The notes beneath the pieces were generated by a model. It was not told the origin of the DNA. It searched no databases and worked only from the letters and a program-made list of their open reading frames with translations. A stretch of DNA of 64,000 nt from Fistulifera solaris (taxonomy: Eukaryota), in contig AP026152.1 in the NCBI GenBank assembly GCA_030295235.1, positions 124,001 through 188,000 on the forward strand, given 5' to 3'. Below, piece by piece: positions 56,153 to 64,000 of the stretch. The position numbers were made by a program, and so were the translations under genes. Positions within the stretch are counted from its first letter, which is position 1. Every line of letters starts with the position of its first letter.

Positions 56153-59100
56153 ATGAGGAGAACAAGACCCGAAGCACCACTGTCCGTGACGGGACGCATA
56201 CGGGGTATGGCGAATCAAAAGAGCCACGAGCCGTCGAAGAGAAGGGGGATTTTCGGTATTCCATTGCGAAAACCAAGAAAGTCATCGTCGTCCTCGGTAT
56301 CCAGTCACTCGATAATGAAGGCAACCAAAGACAACAGGGCTGTGACGTTTGCGGTGACAGAAGAAAAGGAAAATCCTGTCGATCGAATTTCTCAACAATC
56401 TGCGTCGCAACCTTCCGAGGAAAGTGCCAGGAGTGATGTCAGTACCAGTTCCGACGCATTGATTCACATTGATCAAAAAAATCAACAAACTGATGAATCA
56501 TTTGTACCGGCTTGAACCACCCGAGGGGGCCTCGAGCTTTGAGACACAAGAATTTCAACAACTCATGGGGATTGCTTCGTCGGCGTATTCGTATTCGGTG
56601 GCGCGTAAGAAGGAGCGGCCATCGTATTCGGGGATTATTGGGGCGCGGAGACGCATCGATGATGAACGGGGAATGGATACCCGATCGTCGTTAGGGAACA
56701 CGACGATCACGACGCTCGAGCCGATTGCATCGCAGCAGCCAGGATACAACACTCACGAATTCACCTACGAGACGGAGGATGACGCAACATCGATTGGGTC
56801 CAGGTCCGTCGGGAGTCGGAGAAGGATGCATTGGGGAGATGCGAGCGAAGAGGGCGACGAAGCTAGTTTATTCGATGTTGCAACAGATCGATCTGTCGCG
56901 GACTCGCTAGATGACTATTCGAAGTCCTCTAGTAAACAAAAAATTCCACAGAAGAAGGTTCCAAGTATTGCTCGAAGTAAAAAAGACACTGCGCCACGAT
57001 TTGCGTACAATGCCAAAGTAAGGAAGCATGAGAGGGGACGTGAATCCCGAGATGACAGTGTCGCGACAGATAGATCCGTTGCAGACTCTCTCGGTCACTC
57101 TTCAATCCAGTCCGATAAGAAGAGGTTGTTACCACAGAAAAAGGTCCCGGGCATTAACCGAAGTAAGGAGGAGTCTGTGCCACGATCTACCTACAATGCC
57201 ACATTGTCGGACGATATTTGGGGGGAAGCATGTAATGATAGCGCGATGGATAGATCGTTAGCAGACTCTCGAAATCAAGATTGGAATCACTCTTTTCAAG
57301 AACAGCTGCAAGGGACGAAGGTTCCAAGTACTGTCCACAGCAAGAAGGACACAGTACCCCGTTTCGCTTACAATGGCAGACTATTGGAGGGTAAAAATGA
57401 AGAAAGCAGAGATGAGACGACAGGTGGTGAATCATTCTCAGACTCCCAAAAAGGCAACTATTCGAATCCTTCCAATAATCTACCGTTTTCACAGAAAAAG
57501 ATTCTCTCCCCGGGTATACCACCGAGTAAAAAAGATACTGCACCTAGTTTCGTGTATCACGGTATACTATCGAGGAGCCAAAGCGAAGAAGAAAACAAAG
57601 ATGAAGTGGCGGCTGCCGATTCAAACTCAGACACTCAAAGTCATTATTCAAATCCTTCCTTTGATCGACCAAATTCACAAGAAAACCTTTTCTCGCCCAA
57701 TGATGCACAGAGTAAGGAAGACACTACGTCCCACTTCGCGTATAATGCCAGACTATTGGAGAGCGATAACGAACAAGATAGCAAAATTGATGTCATGACA
57801 AATCAAGGCGCGATCGCGGCCTCTCGAAGTTATAGTTCAAATTCTTTCCATCAGCAATCGCTCCCTCAGCAAAAGGTTCTTTTCCAGGTATTGCACAGAG
57901 TAAGAAAGATACTGCGCCTCGTTTCGCACTGAATACTAAAGTGTCAGGTGCAGAGTCGCAACAGGCAAGCTTTCGATCGGAATCCAAGGTTTTCGGCAAA
58001 ACAAGCACTGCCGAACCATCAGATTGTAACGCGCATCGTTCCATAACATTGACGAAGGATAACAGAAGCAGCGTGGCAAAATTCGAAGAAAGTTTACTAG
58101 GTACCACAAATATGTTTCATCAAGCATCAGTCCGTTTGCGACCAGAGGTTCGGCCAAGGATGGTTGAAGTCAATACGTGTACCGGAAACAGATCGCATCA
58201 GCTATTTGTTTCTCAACAAACGGATCTGAACCCTAAAAGCTTCTGCAATGAAAAGATGACGATCCCTCTTTAGCGTACCAAGCCAGAATACCGAAGGATA
58301 CAAAAACACAGCGTGGACGAATTCTTAGATCACACTCTGATATATCAAGCGCTGCGTTTAGTGCCAAAGCTTCAGACATTAGCTTTGGTTTCGTCATTCC
58401 GAAATCACCAACGTACGATGTTGCAATCGGTCGGAGAAACGACGGGTTTGACTCTGAACGTCGTGATGTGTCTGGTGAGCAAAGACAATCACGAGTTACG
58501 GCTTTGAGTTTCGGTATCGCACGAGGTGGTGAAGATACTTCTTCCAGTTTCAGATACGCGACAAAATTAAACGAAAAAAGAAATCTGCCACAACGACGCA
58601 TTGTTCGGTCACGATCGGATGTGTCAAACGCAACATCGTCTGCAAACTATTCCGATGGTTCTATGATGAGTGAAGTAATTCCCCGATCGTCAACGTATGA
58701 TAATGCAGCCAATCTACATCAACGGATTCCCAGTCAAACACTCAAGGACAAGTTTTCGCCTCTAAGCCCCGAAGAGATGGCACGATCTCAAGTGACGTAT
58801 GTTAAGAATATCTTGCGCACTATGAACACCTTAGAATCTCGGGAGGAGCCGAGAAGGGTAACGGGCCAATCTTCGGTAATGACGGTTGGAAAGAAGCCTC
58901 AATCCAGACAAGGCCAAGCAATGCCACCCGAAGAACTGTTTTCAGAAATGGAATTGAAACGCTTGAAAAGACTCTGGGTTCAAAGCCGACGACGCGCATC
59001 GGATCAAGCAGTAAGCGATGCAGACAACTTGCTTAATTCGGCATGTCAAGGCACGTCTCCTGCGCAAACATTGAAAGAAAAACAGTTGCCCCATCCAAGC

Positions 59101-61579
59101 AGCCAAGACGCACCTGCTCAGGATGTTAATGTAGCAGGAAATGATCGAACCATTAGCAAGGAAAAAGTTGCAGGAGATTGCCACGACAGTTCGCTAGCTA
59201 CCGGATCGGGGTCGTCCATAGATGTTTCCGATTACATGAACGGATTATGGGAACAGACACTGTCCGCTTCGGAAACAGGTGGTTCTCATTATAGTAAAGA
59301 CTCGCTCTCAACCCATGATTTTGATATGGGCCAATCCACAGAATCAACGGAAGAATTTCGAAGGACGCTGAATGATTTACTTTTACAATTTGCCAACGAA
59401 AACAAGTATGTGTCTTGGCCGAATAACAGCAAAGGAGAGGAGATGCAATGGTGTCATGAAAAACGGACATTTGTACCCTCTATAGGCCTTCGAAAGGGAA
59501 GTGGTCTTCCGCTTAAAGAGAACGTGAGTGCTTCAAATGAAGAACGGACTAGTCTGGACAACATTACCACGTCTTCAGTAGTGGAAGAGAAGGCGGAAAC
59601 AAAGCCTCGCATGGACGCTTCTACTTTGGCATTTCTTGAGTTCGCCGAAGCCTGGCGGCACACACGAACACCTCTAGCCAACCAGATTTCCACGGGAATT
59701 CCTTCGCTGATCGACGGGGATACCGAGAGTCAAAGTGAAGCTAATGAATTCCCTTGGAAGCGAGAAGGACGTCAAAAACGTCGGCGTCTTCAAATGCTAG
59801 CGAACTAAGCGACTTTCGCAGTGACACTTTTTTCGAAGCGTTGACGAAAGAGGCTTTGGCAGACGCAAATGCATCAAGGGCTGTTGTTGAAGACGTTCTC
59901 AAAGCGGAGAACGATTGCGACAGTAGGTATTCATTTGAGCAAGCAGAGACGGTTATGAGCGATTATATTGAAGGGCTTGGTTTGGAGATAAAGCTACCTT
60001 CTGAAAGCTTCAACGCGGGAAATCCACAGGGAGACCAAGGCCAGCAGTTAACCGAAAGCAATGTACTTTCATTCGACATCAGCGATGCTGGGCCGTTGCG
60101 TATTTCACACGTCAACCCAGCCAATTACTTTCCAGGCTCGTTGATCACCAAAAACATTTTTCGAAGTGGTGGCTGTGGCTCTTCATTTTTTACGTGTGAC
60201 GACCACATAGAGCCTTCTCAGCGGATCCAAACGTCTCTGGATAGTAGTTCTAACGCTCTGCCTTCTACGGTGAACGAGGTGATTGTGCCCAATAGTCTCG
60301 AGTGTGTTAGCACTAACGCGAGCGTCGTATCTTCTATGAAATCGGACAAGGCGCGCCGAAGCGGAGATTTTTCGATTGGCTCAAGTATCGATTCGGAGCC
60401 GACGCCTGGAGAGCTCACTTCCCAGGAATTGCAAAATGGGTCTTTGCACAACAATATACGCGAAGTTACGATTTCCTCTCCTATCAAGCAATCTCCTTGG
60501 CAGCCAAAGCAACCCCTTAGCAAGCCGTCTAGTTCGTATTGGAAGAACCTTCCACAAATGAGTAAACTCGGCTCGTTCGACAGTACTCTCGTAAACGAAG
60601 AAATCAATACGGATGGACGACAGAATCCTTATGTTTTTCGTGACAGAGTGATTGAGGATTTTAGCTCCGCAAAAGAATTTCATCTCCCGATGATGCTTTC
60701 TTTACGCCTTATCAACCGGCGTTCCAGGCCGAGCAAGAAACACGTAACCCACAACCGACGTATCAACCTGTGCAACAACTATCTCCGGTACAATTACCAC
60801 CTTTCCCGTATCATTCGTCGCCAACCCCGCCAGCGAAAGAAACGCTTCATCAACGCCCGACATCTCATCCTACACAACAACCAGTAAAGTTTCCGCCGAT
60901 CCAGTATCCGTCACCAACACCGCCAATGCAACACGAGCGGCCTGTGGCCCAGTACCAGTCGCCATTTCAGCCATATCAGCAACATGCTTACCCTTCCCAA
61001 CAACATCAGCAACAGATTGCGCAGCAACCTTCGCCATTTCTGCCACACGAACAGTACGTGCATCCGAACCCACCCGAATACTATGCACCTCCGCAACAAC
61101 AGCAGACACAGATTTTGCACCAACAACAGCCTTTGCCACATGTGCAACACGAGCCACCTGTCCATCCAAGCCCATCGCGAGTGCCACAGGCACAGCCACA
61201 GTCACCTCCGGCACCGACAACGAATCAGCAACCGCAGCAATCTACGACTAATCCAAGTGTGGCTCCGCTAAGGACGGATCCGGTGGCAACCACGGTCGAG
61301 GCACCGCTGACGACGGCAACAACCGCAACGACCCCCATTTACCACAAGGCTTCAACAAAGAAAAGTCGTCGTAACGTCTCCTCCAACAAGTCCTTAATGG
61401 ATGAAGATGAATCATCTTTGGAGGAGTCATCCCATCGTCATACGATTTCGTTTCGCACCGAAGCGACCGATGAAGATGAGACCTTTTTGACGGAAGACGA
61501 CCGTGCCAAGTCGTCGCAGTGGTGGTGCAGCGATTTCCATCTCGCGGATTGGCTTCCCACGTTTTGTTCTCATTCTTGA
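56153..61579 (+). CDS. Very large disordered Ser/Gln/Pro-rich hypothetical protein (about 1,800 aa if joined), split by several frameshifts
   Basis: Chain of overlapping or abutting long + strand ORFs (120, 487, 110, 446, 377, 269 aa) with no intergenic gaps and similar composition. Confidence 0.6.
56860..57940 (+). repeat. Six degenerate coding tandem repeats of about 58-63 aa
   Basis: Recurring Q[KE]K[VI]P....SK[KE]DT.PRFAYN[AG] near 56950, 57135, 57310, 57490, 57680 and 57870. The first three are preceded by A[TM]DRS[VL]ADS. Confidence 0.8.
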
Positions 61580-61892
61580 TAGTATTATATAAACTATATT
61601 TATTCTAAGTGTGTGTATATTAAAACACAAGAATGATTTTCATCGATGGGTTAGGACTTTTGTGGAATCCGTCATTACTAAGCTTGGATGGTTTCGAGTT
61701 CGTGGATGGTGTGAAATAATGGGAGAGATGGTCGAGTGATGGGGTCCTTTCGTGTCCTATATAGTTTCGTTCGTGACAGAACGGACGATGGAAGGACAAC
61801 AGTCGAGATCCAAGCAATAAACGATAAACGACGACGCAGCGAGAACGAGATCCTTCTCGCACTATACTTCTTTTCTTCGTCTGCCTATCTAA

Positions 61893-63314
<1,422 letters not shown>

Positions 63315-63573
63315 GAGTAGAAACAAAAAAGAATACTTGAACCTTAGCTTCTTTCTCGATGCTCGATTACGGTTGTGTCCGTCAGTCGTCAGTCTTCAGT
63401 CGTCTGTCCTTGACTACGCACCGTGCGTCTTCCACCGTCCAAAAAATAAACCAACGGCATCATCGGCAGACACGCGAAGAAGCGCTCTTCGTTTGCTTCT
63501 TTACTTTTGCAACGGATCGAAAAAGACACAAACGACCAACGAACGTCTCTTTGTTGTTCTTGTGTCGTTCATC

Positions 63574-64000
63574 ATGAAGTTTAGTGCATCCGCTGTAGCC
63601 ACTGCCCTTATATTTGGTGCTACTTCTTCCTTTGCTTTTACACCGATTGCGAATTCGCTGCAATCACGCAGCGCCGTCGTTGTCAACTCATCTTCCTTCA
63701 CTCCCTCTAGCCAGAACAATAACAAAATGCCCATTCGTGCTCCTCCGGCTTTACAAATGTCGTATACGGTCGGTATTGTCGGTGCCACGGGTGCTGTCGG
63801 AAAAGAAATCAAGGATTGTTTGGAGAAACGAAATTTTCCCGTTTCGCAATTGCGCATCTTTGGGAGTGCCCGATCGGCCGGCACGACCGTCCAAACCGAA
63901 AAATATGGCAGTGTGACGGTCGAATTGTTCGATCGGGCCGCGGCCCGTGAATGCGATGTCGTCTTTTTGGCCGTCAGTGGTGATTTTGCCTTGGAACACG
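63574..64000 (+). CDS. asd: Aspartate-semialdehyde dehydrogenase, plastid-targeted (runs off the window end)
   Basis: MKFSASAVATALIFGATSSFA|FTP presequence, then YTVGIVGATGAVGKEI..CLEKRNFPV..LRIFGSARSAG...CDVVFLAVSGDFA. Confidence 0.93.
   Translation, partial: MKFSASAVATALIFGATSSFAFTPIANSLQSRSAVVVNSSSFTPSSQNNNKMPIRAPPALQMSYTVGIVGATGAVGKEIKDCLEKRNFPVSQLRIFGSARSAGTTVQTEKYGSVTVELFDRAAARECDVVFLAVSGDFALEH

Overview
Eukaryotic nuclear DNA, most likely a pennate diatom. The evidence is gene-dense sequence, few short GT-AG introns, several bipartite plastid presequences with ASA|F-type cleavage motifs, and diatom-typical orphan motifs. The species cannot be named from the sequence. Single-base indels split many genes, including pyruvate kinase, so many frameshifts are probably assembly errors. 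The window has two halves. (1) About 2.4-28.3 kb is a rapidly turning-over cluster, all on the + strand, of about 12 near-complete intronless KCTD/T1-type BTB genes plus about 5 remnants. It also holds two paralogous F-box-like/GNAT-like/ankyrin genes, a 1,032-bp PIF/Harbinger-type non-autonomous transposon, and a ~290-bp non-coding module repeated at least four times. A membrane-anchored LRR gene flanks it. (2) About 28.4-64 kb is mostly ordinary single-copy genes: two head-to-head GT8 glycosyltransferases, plastid pyruvate kinase, a WW protein, an aldo-keto-reductase-like protein, two FAIM-like-domain proteins, a C2H2 membrane protein, Got1, a plastid NusG-SAP protein, large low-complexity proteins, RUVBL2 and the start of plastid asd. 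The best candidate for an undescribed system is the BTB plus F-box cluster, a putative set of cullin-ligase adaptors with a shared upstream module. That functional reading is inference.
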